This document shows positions 14,061-27,417 of a stretch of 64,000 nucleotides of DNA, in pieces; positions within the stretch are counted from its first letter, which is position 1, and every line of letters begins with the position of its first letter. The notes beneath the pieces are model-generated. The model saw only the letters and a program-made list of their open reading frames with translations, did no database searches and was not told the DNA's origin. The DNA comes from Eledone cirrhosa. Lineage: Eukaryota. A program made the translations under genes and the position numbers. The DNA lies in assembly GCA_964016885.1 (NCBI GenBank), contig OZ024745.1, positions 43,090,001 through 43,154,000 of the forward strand. The letters are read 5' to 3'.

Positions 14061-14770
14061 TCTTTCGCCTGCATATTGTTCTGTGGTCTAAGATGTGTAT
14101 ATTAGCGGCTTGTGTATTTTTTCTCTTTCTTTTTTTCCTTTCCCTTTCCTTTGTATATATTATATTTGTTAGTGTTTTCGTTCTGTAACCATTATAGTAA
14201 ACCCACCGAGGTTAACTTTGCCTTTCATCCTTATGGGGTCGATAAAATAAATAACAGTAATACACTGGAATAATTGCTGGCCTTGTGCCAAAATGTAGAA
14301 ACAATTATAGTAAATGAGTTTTTAAAAAAAAGAGTTAATAAATAAATAAAACGTTATACCTCTTTTACCCTCCTATTTCCAATTTCCCTGAACGCAGCTA
14401 TCATGACTATGTGTGTGTTTGTGTAAATGTATGTGTGAAAGTATGTGTATTTGTGTTAATTATGTCCGTGAGTGTGTATTTTTATAAGTTTGTGTTTGTG
14501 CGATTATAGTTATATACTCATACATATAGATGTATGTATGTGCACACTCATACGCGTCAGCGAGTAGAAAATCATAATCTCTCTATCTCTCTCATCACAC
14601 ACTCTCTCTATATATATATATGGGAGCTGAAGTGGTGGTGATGGCGACGATATACCGGAAGTGCAACTTTGAAAAGAAGTCAATTTTAAAATGTTTATTT
14701 TTACGAAATTATTTATGTTTACGAAATTTAGTACATAAATTATGTAATATTCATTCATTTTTTATTCAAA

Positions 14771-14960
14771 GGGCGGTGAATTGGCAGTATTGGTAGAGGG
14801 TCAGGCATGCTTTCCAGCGTAGTTAGGTCCCTTTATGATCTGAGTTCAAATCCCACCGAGGTTAACTTTGCCTTTCATCCTTACGGGGTCGATAAAATAA
14901 AGTACCAGAAATCTACTGGGTAATTGCTGGCCTTGTGCCAAAAGTAGAAACAATTATTTA
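14771..14960 (+). mobile_element. tRNA-derived SINE family B
   Basis: Full-length copy with A box TGGCAGTATTGG and B box GAGTTCAAATCC. Confidence 0.85.
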
Positions 14961-15639
14961 TTCAAAGTAATCCAACTTATTTTACTAACTGGATTAAAAG
15001 AAATAAACCGTACGCAGTCGCGCAGACCTTCCTTTATTATAGTTTAGATATTTAAAACATATTTGTTATGTTATTCTACTGTAAATTTATTTATATGCTC
15101 TGTTTATATTTTCATTCTGGAAGAATTGCAAACGATTTGTAATGTTATTTCTAATGTTATTTAATGCAACTGTGAATAAAATTTATATGGCCTAATACTA
15201 TTTTTAAACCATCACCCGAGTGTGCTGGCTTGCCTCAAAAATCATTAGAGGTTTCCCAGTACTCCCCCCTGTTGTCTTTTGCTCTGATGGTGGCTCGGTT
15301 GTCCAACCCTTCCTTTATATTTTCTTTAATATTGCAACATTAAAGGAACATATCCTTCTGAAAGAATCGCGAGCTATTTATAATGTTATTTAAGCATTTG
15401 TTATGTTATTTATGTATATATTTAAAACATATTTGTTATGTTATTCTACTGTACATTTATTTATATGGTTTCTATATATCATATGTGTTCATATTTTCAC
15501 TCCCATTTGTAACGTTATTTAATATAATATATATTGAAAACATTTTTATACCGTGTATAAAAATATGATATAATTCATTGAACTATAATGATAAAGAAAA
15601 GGAAAAAAAAAAGGGGGTGGGGGTGGGGTGAAAATCATC

Positions 15640-15865
15640 ACCAAGTGATATAATCGGCCACACTGTAGGGGTTAACTACACACTTTGAGGCAAGCCAACA
15701 CGCTCGCAACATTACCACGGGTGATGGCGAGGCTAAGGCGCTGTAATAACCAGACACCCCCTCGGGCATCAGCTGACACCTCTGTAAGGTGAGCTGCCAG
15801 CGATGACAAGAACTTCGATTTTAGGGGCACAACTCCAGCGAACGTCTCGAACGCCACAGGCTGGA
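15640..15865 (-). mobile_element. CRE-clade LINE 3' fragment
   Basis: QPVAFETFAG...LLQRLSLAITRGNVASVL; homologous to 13830-13990. Further scraps at ~15215-15300, ~16715-16780 and ~37780-37890. Confidence 0.75.
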
Positions 15866-16514
15866 AAAAATAATTGTTTCTACTTTTTGGCACAAGGCCA
15901 GCAATTACTGGTACTTTATTTTATCGACCCCGTAAGGATGAAAGGCAAAGTTAACCTCGGCGGGAAGGTTGATAATGAATAATATCAATCAGGTTAATAA
16001 TAGAATTTTAAAAGAAAATAATGTCATTTTTACAACTATAAATTCGATAAAAAATATTTCTTTTAAATTTCATAATTGTAATCTACACGTGTGAAAATGT
16101 ATCTCTGCAAAATTGTGTTAAAAATATGCATTATTAAGAAGGTTATGAAAAATGAAACCCGGGGTTGGGGTAGTTATACCGAATGTTCTCTTTTTGTCAT
16201 CGCAAGTGTCTGCAAGGCGATTGCAAATCTGCTTTAGGTAGACAGAAGTAATGCAGCTAGAGGAGATGATGGATTGGTCTTTATTAATCCTGTTTAATGT
16301 GTATTGTGTTCTTTTTCGTGCGTGCGTGTTGGGGTGGAATTCAAAGACAGCCACGGGTGGCATGCCAATAGTTTCAAAACGAAGGGTTGAAAAAGGTACT
16401 GGCTGACTAAGATTGTGAACTGCATTTTTGAGTTTGCTCAGAATTCTTTCCTTCCACATCGTGTTGGGAATATTTCTACCTTCACAAAGTTAATCGCAAC
16501 CGAAAGAAACATTG

Positions 16515-16702
16515 TGGATTAGCAGTATTGGTAGAAAGTCGGACACCATACTTTGTAGTATAGAGTTACGGCCCTTTACGATCTGAATTCAAATCCCGAC
16601 GAGGTTAACTTTGCCTTTCATCCTTACGGGGTCGATAAAATAAAGTACCAGTAATGTACTGGGTAATTGCTGGCCTTGTGCCAAAAGTAGAAACAATTAT
16701 TA
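16515..16702 (+). mobile_element. tRNA-derived SINE family B
   Basis: Homologous to 19299-19489. Confidence 0.85.
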
Positions 16703-17619
16703 TAGATTGTGTTGGCTTGTATCAAGTGTGTAGTTAACCCCCAAGGTGTGAGGTGCGGCAGATTATCGCACTTGGTGATGAAAGATACAGCCTATGATAG
16801 TCAAATAACGTTTTAAATAATGAAGAATTTGGAGAGGTTTAGCAATAAAACTACCTTTTTTAAAAATTAAAGTGGTGTTTGAAGTATATCGTAACAAAAG
16901 TTCCTACATAAAATTATGGTGAAAGGTTTTTAGATATAAAGACTTGAAAATCAGTAGTTTTGTTTTCATAGAATCAGTGCTGGTTCAGGTAGTTTGACAT
17001 CCCAAAAGTTAAAACCGCCAATATAAGGATAGAGAATTATTGAAATAAAAAGTCATGGCCCTAAATTGGAATTCCGAGAGAGAATAAACACAATGTTGCG
17101 ATAATTTACCACACTAAAATATCTTGAAACTGTTTGAACTAGGGTTGCATCGATTAATCAGCAGGTAATCTGTATCGACCGTTTTGCCGATTAATCAATA
17201 TCATCTTTTTTTCTTTTTTTTTTGGGCTGATTAAATGTTTTTTGATAATTGGTCATTATTGTTTTGGAGTAAGAAAACTGTGGGTGACAGAGAAATTCAG
17301 AAACCAAATTGATGCAATATTTAGTAATATATAGAAAACATTATTTTTTCGGACATCGAATATACTTGTTTTTCATTTAAATTATTTTTGTAATAAACAA
17401 TAAAGTCATTCAGTAATTACACCTATATAGTAGTATGAAACAAAAATGAGATTTTCTCAGTACTTCAATTATAAGCCTGCCAATGTAACTCTGTTGAACG
17501 TACTGATCTACACGATTGGAAATTAAATAGAACTTCCTAAGGGGCGTAACTCCTTGTGGGTTAAAGGATGTCAAAGGAGAAGAGATTGACTCCTACTCAC
17601 CCGAGAGAAAATATATTGG

Positions 17620-18765
17620 AACATTAACGAATGGACACCAAAATATTGGAACATTAAGAGAATGGACACCAAAATCAGGAAACTTTTGACCTGTAATAGA
17701 ATACATCACCCAAAAGCAGATGTGGATCACCTCTATCTCCCTAGAAAAATGGAGGTAGAGGAATGGTCCAGCTAGACCTTTCATACTGGATATCGACAAC
17801 TGGACTCAAATCAGTACCTTAAAACCACAGATGATTGAATGATGAAAATGGTCACGGATCACAAAAGGAAGAAGAGGTTACATTCAGTCATAAAGGAAAG
17901 TAGGAAATTTGCAGAAGAATTGGGAATACAGTTTGAAAATGATGGCGATTCTGCAATTAAATTCGCAAAGAATATCAAAGTGTTGGCAAAAGACGAAGGC
18001 CAACAGAGATTGTGCACTAAATGGGAGCAAAAACTACTGTATGGGCTGTATCTTCTCCGTAGCAAAGAACTTGATGCCGATCAAATTCTTATTTATCAGT
18101 CGTTGTGGAGTTTTGGACTAAAGGCAGAGAGTGTTGGATTCATTTTGGCTGCACAAGACCAGTGTCTTCTAGCGCGCAACTTTCAAGCCAATGTGATCAG
18201 AACTGGAATTGAACAAAAGTGTCGATTCTGTGATGACCATGTTGAGACCATTGACCACCTGATTTTAAACTGCAAGGTATTAGCTCCCCAGGAATATAAA
18301 ACGAGACATGATAGAGTGGGGCTATACTTACACTGAGTAATGTGAAGATTCTCTTCTCTGAAAACGGAGGGAAAATGGTACAACCATTACCCAGATACAG
18401 TAACAGGAGGCGAGAACGTAATAATCCTCTGGGACTTTCCTGTGTATGCTGACAGAACAATCAAGGCCAACAGACCTGATATAATTGTGAAGGACCATAA
18501 AGAGAAAATATGTGTCTTAATTGACATAAGCATTCCATTAGATCGTAACGTCTCCTCGAAAGAGTTTGGAAAGTTCAGTAAGTATAAAGATCTATCAAAT
18601 CAAATTGAGAAAATATGGCATCTTAAGGCCTGTACAATACCAATGATAGTCGGCGCATTTGGTAAAAAAGGGTACTGAAAAATATTTGGACCGGATACCT
18701 GTAAGAACAGAAAATAATGCTGACTGACACTGTTCATGTCCTGAGAAGGACATAATCAATTTAAA
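17620..18765 (+). mobile_element. R4/Dong-clade non-LTR retrotransposon, degenerate 3' part
   Basis: IHHPKADVDHLYLPR, GLKAESVGFILAAQDQ, CRFC...ETIDHLILNC...YKTRHD, WDFPVYADRTIKANRPDII...IDISIP...K.SKYKDL (CCHC + RLE nuclease); frameshifts and stops. Confidence 0.85.
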
Positions 18766-19298
18766 AACCTTGCAAAGACATTTACTGCTATCTGTGCCCT
18801 TATGGTATCATCTGTATGACAATTGATTGTAAAAGGTGGTTATTATCAAATTTTCCTTTGGATGTCAGGTTGACACTCGGCATGATTTGGGAAAGAAGCA
18901 GATTTCAAAGGAATTCTCAAATAATATGTTATCGGTTGGCAATGAGCGTATTTCTTATGTCAAAAACTAAAGTTCAATATAGTTATACCCACCTCCTATA
19001 ATACTATCTTAAACAGATTTCCCACCTCTTTTGAAATCATTTCTCTGGTTATGTATAAAATAAGAATCTGCTAAGAGACACTACTTCTCCAGAATAGCAC
19101 AGCACTCACCCGATGATAAATTAATATAAATAAGACAATAATATAATCCGAACAAATCTATTCTAAATTAAGATTAGGGTTAATTCAATCAGTCTCCTGT
19201 AATTAATTGACTCCAGGCTGACAACGATACAAACTAGGAACATGAATTAGCCATAATTTGAAATAAATTATTTCAGATTGTATTATTTTTTATTTTTA

Positions 19299-19489
19299 GG
19301 GCGGTGGATTGGCAGTATCGGTAGAGGGTCGGACGCCATGCTTTCCAGCATAGTTACGTCCCTTTACGATCTGAGTTCAAATCCCGCCGAGGTTGACTTT
19401 GCCTTTCATCCTTACGGGGTCGATAAAATAAAGTACCAGTAATGCACTGGGTAATTGCTGGCCTTGTGCCTAAAGTAGAAACAATTATT
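19299..19489 (+). mobile_element. tRNA-derived SINE family B (reference copy)
   Basis: A box TGGCAGTATCGG, B box GAGTTCAAATCC, conserved GCCTTTCATCCTTACGGGGTCGATAAAATAAAGTACC core, (ATT)-like tail. More than 10 full or partial copies in the window (e.g. ~715, 1195, 7342, 14205, 15870, 21671, 21868, 48494, 50923). Confidence 0.9.
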
Positions 19490-19597
19490 GTTTTATTTTT
19501 ATATTAATTTATCATGGGAGGGAGGGGTATTCTAGAGAAGCAGAGAGAGAGAGAAAGAGAGAGATGACTCGTTATTCATAGGTTTTATTTATTTTGA

Positions 19598-20800
19598 TCA
19601 TTTACGGGATGATTTATCTTTTCGAATACAGTTTATCATAGCTTTAACATGTACATATTTTTTAGCTCTTTTTAACCATTTCTTTCTGGAATGTGACGGC
19701 AGTAAATCCTGTGATATAATAGTATCTTGTTTCCCATCAACTGTAAATGTTTCCAGGTCTTCTACGCTGCTTATATCGCACGGTATTTCATCGTAGTTGA
19801 CAGTCTTGCTTTCTGCACAAGAACTGTTATGTTGTTTCTGTGATACATGATCAATATGATCGGAATCAATTTTTAACACTCTCTGAGATAACTGAGCAGA
19901 ATTACAGCTTGCAGCGCTAATTTTGGGAATGTTGTCATTTTCTACCTTGTTGTCCACCGGAGTCAATGATTCACTCATCTTTATTTTAGAAATTTCATCA
20001 CAGGAATAGTAATTTTCTTGACTTTGTATGTCTTCAGTTTGTTTATCATTCAAATTGGTATTCAAAACCGAAGAAGAAATACCTTGCGAAATTCGATCGT
20101 GTGTAGTTCTTTTTGAAAAAGAGCGCTCAGTAGGAGTGTTTCTGTGTTTATTTTTTCGTAAATTAAAATTTTTACCAACAGCCGAGTTGATTTCTGGGTT
20201 TTCAGTGTAGCTTTTTACAAAATCATTGTTTTTCAAGGTAATTTTAATTCGCGATGAAATTTTTTCCGGGGTCATAGAAAAAGTCGTCTTTAAATTACAC
20301 AAATAAGAAGTCTTCGAGTGTGATAGATTAAAAGAGTTCGTGCCTCTAGCATTATGTATGTTGGTTGATTTATTTTTAGGGATGTAGTTGTCTTTAATTG
20401 AAAAGGTGTGTTCGAGCTTTGAGAAGCAATGTCCAAGAATGCTCATACAATCAGAATGCTTAAAATCTTTAGCCAAATCCATCGGTGTATTTCCATCATC
20501 GTCTCGAATCGTTGCGTTAGCTCCATTTTTTAACAACAATTTAATAATGTTTAATTTACCCCAGGAGGCAGCGATATGTAAAGGAGTAAGCCCATCAATA
20601 GTTTTTATGTTTGGGTCTGCTCCATGTTCGAGTAATAAGCGAGTAATAGATTCATGAAGTCCTGAACTGTAATGAATTGGTGCAAACATTTCCCCAGGTA
20701 TGTTTGCGTTAAGATCAGCTCCATTCGCCAATATATTTTTTATACCAACTTCATCGTTTTCTTCAATTGCAACTATAAAACCTTTCTTAAATTCCGACAT
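19598..20800 (-). CDS. ankyrin-repeat protein, ANKLE1-like N-terminus, single exon (400 aa)
   Basis: First ATG at 20800. GADLN...APIHY, GADPNIKTIDGLTPLHIAASWG...LLLKNGAN...DDDGNTPMDLA match ANKLE1-type ankyrin repeats, followed by a long S/K/N-rich region and TGA. No LEM or GIY-YIG domain seen. Confidence 0.8.
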   Translation of the reverse strand: MSEFKKGFIVAIEENDEVGIKNILANGADLNANIPGEMFAPIHYSSGLHESITRLLLEHGADPNIKTIDGLTPLHIAASWGKLNIIKLLLKNGANATIRDDDGNTPMDLAKDFKHSDCMSILGHCFSKLEHTFSIKDNYIPKNKSTNIHNARGTNSFNLSHSKTSYLCNLKTTFSMTPEKISSRIKITLKNNDFVKSYTENPEINSAVGKNFNLRKNKHRNTPTERSFSKRTTHDRISQGISSSVLNTNLNDKQTEDIQSQENYYSCDEISKIKMSESLTPVDNKVENDNIPKISAASCNSAQLSQRVLKIDSDHIDHVSQKQHNSSCAESKTVNYDEIPCDISSVEDLETFTVDGKQDTIISQDLLPSHSRKKWLKRAKKYVHVKAMINCIRKDKSSRK

Positions 20801-21378
20801 TAAGTACAAAATGTTAGTATAAAACAATGCATTAGATATAGATTTTATAAAGATTGTGAAAATATAACAGTTTTTAGTAGTATTCTGAACTCAATCATTT
20901 CGCTGTAAAAGATAGAAAATCTAGTTCAAAGTGAACTGTAAAGCAATGCTTCTAATTTCGTTAATCTGCTATCATTTAGAAAAAGAAAAGTATAAAATGA
21001 ATGAACAATATTCTTATATGAGAAGTTAGCGTTTCCTTAAATAACGTTTAATGAGATGTGGACGCTGTAATTAAAACATTAACGCAGAAATATATCACAT
21101 TGACACAAAATAGATGCAGGCAACTGAGTAAAAGTTTGTTGTGCAAAGAAAGGCATCAATCACAAAAAATACACAAAATTTCAATGATATGGAACTCTAA
21201 ACTTGATTCCTAACATAAGCACAAGTCCACAAATTTGGGGAGGTAGGACGACATCGTCGAATACATCAAGTACTTAACCGCTACTTTACTTTATTGATAA
21301 TGGAAGGCTGAATGGCAAAGTTAATCTTCGTGAATTTGAACTAAATAGCACAAGGCTTCTAAACTTAATACTATAAAT

Positions 21379-21665
21379 AAGTAGTTCCTAAACCTTTTTT
21401 TTTTACTAACTGCATTTTTGAAAAAGTAAAAATATGCTGCGGCACTGTGTACCATACATTCTAAAATTCATTCAAAAGAGTTTTTTTTAAATTCATATTA
21501 GCATAACATAGAGTTAAAAGGTTCTAGGCCCATTCCCCACTGGTCAACTCCCTATATGAACTTTCATACGAATTTCAGTTTGTATTTTTCACACCTTAAA
21601 ATTTAATCATAGTCTTTTGCGACGCATCTAGTTACATCTCGCGGCACACGGTTTGGGAACCATCG
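21379..21665. mobile_element. hAT (Charlie-like) MITE
   Basis: TIRs aAGTAGTTCCTAAACC / GGTTTGGGAACCATCG with an 8-bp TSD CTATAAAT / CTATAAAA (one mismatch). Confidence 0.7.
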
Positions 21666-21670
21666 CTATA

Positions 21671-21960
21671 AAATAATTGTTTCTACTTTTGGCACAAGGC
21701 CAGCAATTACCTAGTACATTACTGGTACTTTATTTTATCGACCCCGTAAGGATGAAAGGCAAAGTTAACCTCGGCGGGACTTGAACTCAGATCACAAAGG
21801 GACGTAACTCTATGCTTCAAAGCATGGCGTCCGACCCTCTACCGATACTGCCAATCCACCATAAATTAATTGTTTCTACTTTTGGCACAAGACCAGCAAT
21901 TATTCCAGTGCATTACTGGTACTTTATTTTATCGACTCTGTAAGGATGAAAGGCAAATCC
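21671..21960 (-). mobile_element. two adjacent SINE B copies (one full, one partial)
   Basis: Reverse-complement matches to 19299-19489. Confidence 0.85.
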
Positions 21961-23107
21961 ACCATAAATTAATGACGAAATGACAGGGAGCATAGGGGAA
22001 ATGTCTCGCAGTATTTGTTGAGATTCGCTGCGCTCCGAGTTCAAATTCCAAACAGGTCAACTCTGCCTTTTATCTTTCAATGTCAACAAAATAAAATATC
22101 AGTCCAGGGTGATGGGTTGGTGGAATTATTACAACGTCGGTCGAGATATTTTGTATTTGTTCCAATTGTGTTCTGAGTTATTCGGTGGTAAATTGAACCC
22201 GTCGTCTTAGGTACTTGGGCTCTTTAATGGGATTTGAATGTGCTGAAAGCATCTAGATCAGGTTTCTGACTTGAGGATAACTTCCTCTTGCCTGTCTCGG
22301 AAGCCTGGAAAAAAATATAGGTCCAACCGCACTCTTTCTAAATAAACTAATAACACGTAGAATTGACAAATAATACGGATTTCTCTTTCACGCACAGCGA
22401 TTATTTATGCATGCACATGCTATATGCTCGTTATTGCACGATGTGCAAGTGTCTGTGTAGATTTCGGTACGTGCTTCCCCGTGCATGCAGTGTATACATT
22501 GAGTATGTGTACCTACATACATCCATACATTGGGTATGTGTGTCTACAAACATCCATATATTGAATATGTGTGTGTATCCATATATTGAGTATGTGTATC
22601 AGCATGCATCTTTGTGATTTTTTTTGTCAGTTTATATGCGTATTTTTAACTCTTACAAGCTTCGTCTGTGTGACATAACCCATATTTATCTAGATCTAGA
22701 TCTTTTATGACCAAAAGAACATGCATCCATATACACATATACAATTATCATTTCAACAATTTGTCGTATCTCAAACGTTATTTCAGAAAAAAGCAAAAAA
22801 AAAAGAAGAAAAAAAAAAGCAGACAATATGTATATATGTTTGTTATGTAGTGAAGAAGGGAACAGCACGAAACAATCAATGAAAAATTGTCACGCAAGTC
22901 CATTCATTCGTGGAGATTTCTGACGTTCTAAGCCCCCGAACCACCTCCGCACTCACTGCTATCGGTACTTAGTGGGTCACCTGTAGGAGTGACTCTCGTT
23001 AGTTGGAATGGCTCTTTGAATGTGTCTACCTCGCTTTCCTCTGGGATAACGCTGTCTCTATTATGTCCGCTAAAACCATGAGGTGGCACACACCCATACA
23101 CTACCTA

Positions 23108-23299
23108 CAGGGTGGGCCAGAATTCATGACTCACTTGATTATTTATAAAACAAGTTAAGGAATATAATACCATATACAGGCATAAGATCACGAACAAGAT
23201 ACGGTAAGCACACAAATGTACACATTTAATTAATAACAATAAGATAAGTATGTTAAGAAATATAACTAACAAGCGAGTCATGAATTCTGGTCCACCCTG
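23108..23299. mobile_element. Tc1/mariner-type MITE
   Basis: TA|CAGGGTGGGCCAGAATTCATGACTCACTTG...CAAGCGAGTCATGAATTCTGGTCCACCCTG|TA: ~30-bp TIRs and TA TSD. Confidence 0.9.
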
Positions 23300-23651
23300 T
23301 ACATTAACATATAAAGAACAAAAAAAGAAACAAACCCAATCATTTTATATCACACATAACCCGCCACCAATAAATATATTTTTCTCAATCCTTCACTAGT
23401 TTTATTCCCAAAACTAGGTGAAACCATTCATGGATGCATGCGAGAAATGAAACTTTCCACATTTAATCCTTACTCTACAAACATTGACTTGTCTCTTAGT
23501 AGGATATCGTATGCTCGAATAACTACGCACAGGTGCTTCTATTTGGATTAACACTAACCCTAATTTTGAATAAATTAGTTAGTGTTCTTTTATTATTTTA
23601 TTTATATTAATTTATCAAAGTAAAGGGGAAGGCATATCTTGGAGAAGCACC

Positions 23652-26600
23652 ATGTATATATTCGAAAGGCAGGACCTGATCCGCAGATCACAACCCACAC
23701 AAAACCTATTCCAAAATCGTAGACCCCTGCCCACACAGAGCCTGTTCCAAAACCATAGATCCCAACCCACACAAAGGAACCAAATCTACAACCCGGACTA
23801 TCAACAAACCGAACCTCAATACGTCCGAAACTTCTATACAAGACCACACAACAACAGGGGAAATACCATTAGATATAATAATACCAATGAAAAAACATTC
23901 CAGAAAAATCATTTTTTAGACCAAGGCTACAGGACTCACGACACCCGGTGGCACAAACCGATTTTGAAAAACCGAAAATAATTAACATTTCAAATACAAA
24001 CCTCTCAGCCCAACAAGTAAAAATTCTCTCCAAAGGTCTGAAATTCACACCAACACCACAATATCCTAACCCCAACGAGATAAATGACGATATCTCACAC
24101 TTCTGTAGAAAATTACGTCTCACAGAGGAATTCTTTGACAAGGAGAATAACGACGAATCAATTGTACGGAATAAAAGCAGCTACAACCCAACAAAAGGTA
24201 GAAACAGAGTTCTGGACAAATTTTGTGACCACATAGCTACCTTCCCATACCATGAACTACCGCAACCTAAACCCAAACCCAACACAAGTCGAAGGGAATG
24301 GGAGATTATCCATGAACTAAAAAACAATACGGACATTGTAATTAAGGAAGCGGACAAGGGAAGTACTGTTGTCATTATGGAGGCTGAAAAATATAAAAAT
24401 TCTATGTTCTCTCTCTTACAAAATACTAATTATTATGAAAGAGTAAAAAACTACCAGCAATCAAAAATAATGACCAAATTAAACACACTGATTTATCGAT
24501 ACCAGGAAGACCTAACTAAAAAGGAACGCGATTATTTAACAAATTTTGAATACAAAACCAGCAACCTTTACGGACTTCCGAAGATCCACAAATGTAAAAT
24601 AATCAACGATGCCTGTAAACAATCCACCTCAGCCTGCGTGAACACACAATACCCCCACAGACCTTAAATTAAGACCAATTGTAGCGGGCCCACAATGTGA
24701 AACACACAGATTGAGCAACTTTATAGACATACTACTGAAACCAGTACTGAAACACATACCAAGCCTTGTAAGAGACGATCTGAACCTCTTAAACCACCTC
24801 CCCAAACATGTCAACAACGACACTATTATTGTGTCTTTCGATGTAGTGAATCTCTACACAACGATCCCACACCAATACGGACTAGAAGCAATAGGATTCT
24901 GGCTAGAGAAATATCCCAATGAGATACCTGACAGAATAGAAAAAAAGCTTCATCACCGAGGGATTAAAATTCATCCCACAGAACAACTTTTTTGATTTCG
25001 ATGGCAATACTTACAAGCAAATATCGGGGACTGCGATGGGCACAAAAGCCGCTCCAACTTATGCCAACTTAGTCATGGCATACTTAGAAGTCCAGATATA
25101 TGAACAGTCCAAATCAAAATACGGATTGAACTTCCACAAATATTTATCAGAGAATTGGAAACGCTACTTGGATGATTGCCTCATTCTTTGGTCCCACACA
25201 CTCGACCAACTGAAGGATTTCAAAAACTTAATAAACGGCATCAATAACCACATCCAATTCACAATGGAATACAGCCAAGATCAACTCCCATTTCTGGACA
25301 TCTTAATCACAAAAAAAGACACAAATATTGAAACTGACATACACTACAAACCAACAGATTCCAAACAATATCTGCTATTCACCTCCAACCATCCAAAGCA
25401 CACGAAGACGAACATTCCTTTTAACCTAGCAAGAAGAATTTGCACAATTGTCTCCAATTATGAAACGCGAAATAAAAGACTTCAAGAATTAAAGGAAATT
25501 CTACTTGAGAGAAAGTACCCACTATTACTAATAAATAATGGAATAGAAAGGGCTAAAGCAATAGGCATTGATGAATTACGGAAACAGAAACAAATTCAAG
25601 GTACGTCCAATATTCTATCATATATCTCAACACACAACCCAAGAAATGCGGAAGCTTACAACACTATTCACAATAACATCCCACTACTAAAACAAAACCC
25701 AAGAATGAAAAAAGCCCTTGAAACACACAAAATAATCAAAAGCAAAAGACAACCAAAATCACTGAAAACATTACTCACCAATACCAAATTACCTACCACA
25801 AACCCACAACCAAGTATCAAAAAATGTGGTCGCTCTAATTGTGGAACCTGCACTCACCTCATTGAAGGCAACACGTATACATTTAAATCAGGACAAAATT
25901 TTACTGTAAAAAATCACTTCACTTGCTCATCAAAAAATCTAATTTATGCCATTAAATGTAAAGGATGCAATGAAGATTATATAGGACAAACTAAACTCAC
26001 ACTCAGAAACAGAATGACAGTTCATCGCCAACAATTACGAGATCCAACCACGAGACAGATACCACTAAGTGCACATCTAGACATTTGCGCAAGTAATAAG
26101 ACACCCAAATTCCAAGTCTTCCCATTTTACCTTTGCGCTAACAATACAACAGAACAAATGCGAATAAATAAGGAAAATATGTTTATTCAAAAATATAGAC
26201 CAACATTAAATAAGGTTTAATATACATTATGTCAACACCACAATATGACATACACACACACACATAACACCTTCTACTTTAGAAAATAAAAACCCGAACT
26301 AAATAAACCTTAACATACGTTTGCACTGGCAATACAACAGCAAACACGAAAAAGTCAGGAAAATATGTTCATTCAAAAATATTCCTACTAAAGGAATCAC
26401 TTTCCTACACACACACATACACACACACACAATATATATATATATGTATGTATTCTCTTCATCTTAACATGCTAACCATACTCCCACACACATAACACCC
26501 ATACACACACATAACAACCCCCACACCTACAACTCCCTCCCCATTTCTACTAATAGAACCACTTTCCTACACACATATATATATATACACACACACAAAA

Positions 26601-27417
26601 TATATATTCTCTCCATCTTAACATACTCGCACACACACACACATAACACCCATATACACACATACACAACTCCCTCCCCCATCTCTACTAATAGAATCAT
26701 CTTCCAATACACACATACACACACACACACACACAAGCACACAAATAAACACATATCTTCAGTCTCAATAGAAAATCTGAACTCTGACACCTGAACTCTG
26801 ACAGCTGGCCATATTCACTGAACCAGAACATTTCTCCCAATCCCTTTTCCCTTGACCACTATCTCTCCATTGTCATAACATTCACTATAAAGACTACAGA
26901 ATAGTTTTCCAAATAAGGGCGCAAAAATGTAATGAAAACTTGTTCACGTGACAGCCAAATTTCATTTATAACCAATCAAAAAAAAGCCTTCGTGAGCCTC
27001 ATTTTTTCAAGTAAAAAGAAATTCAAACACTCATATATGAAAAAACAACCTGTGACAACCCCCCCCCCTCTCTTATTTGAAGAACTATTGTAACGCGAAC
27101 TGGCGCGAAATTTATTATAATTATTGACAAACCAATCAAATTACTTCTCGAAAAACCTGGCTTTCGAGCCACTTTTTCCATATAAAACAAGTAACATTTA
27201 GAGACCAACCAGATGTGAGAAAAACCACAGACCCTCCAACTCAACTCACCTTTTGAAAAGCAGAAGAACTGCGAAACCGGTAAAGGAACCAAATAAATAT
27301 ATATATTTTTAAAAAAAATAAGACTTCAGTTGCATTTTCGATTTCATCTCTTTTTCTTTATACTTCCACTCGTGTAGGACACCTCGGTTATTTTTCATTT
27401 TGTAAAAAAAACCTCAC

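Noticed and set aside
16118-16459. 113-aa ORF as a possible downstream exon of the ankyrin gene
   Set aside because: No LEM or GIY-YIG motif, no recognisable homology, and no convincing splice sites.
19299-19390. Possible tRNA genes (A/B boxes)
   Set aside because: No cloverleaf; these are heads of multi-copy SINEs.
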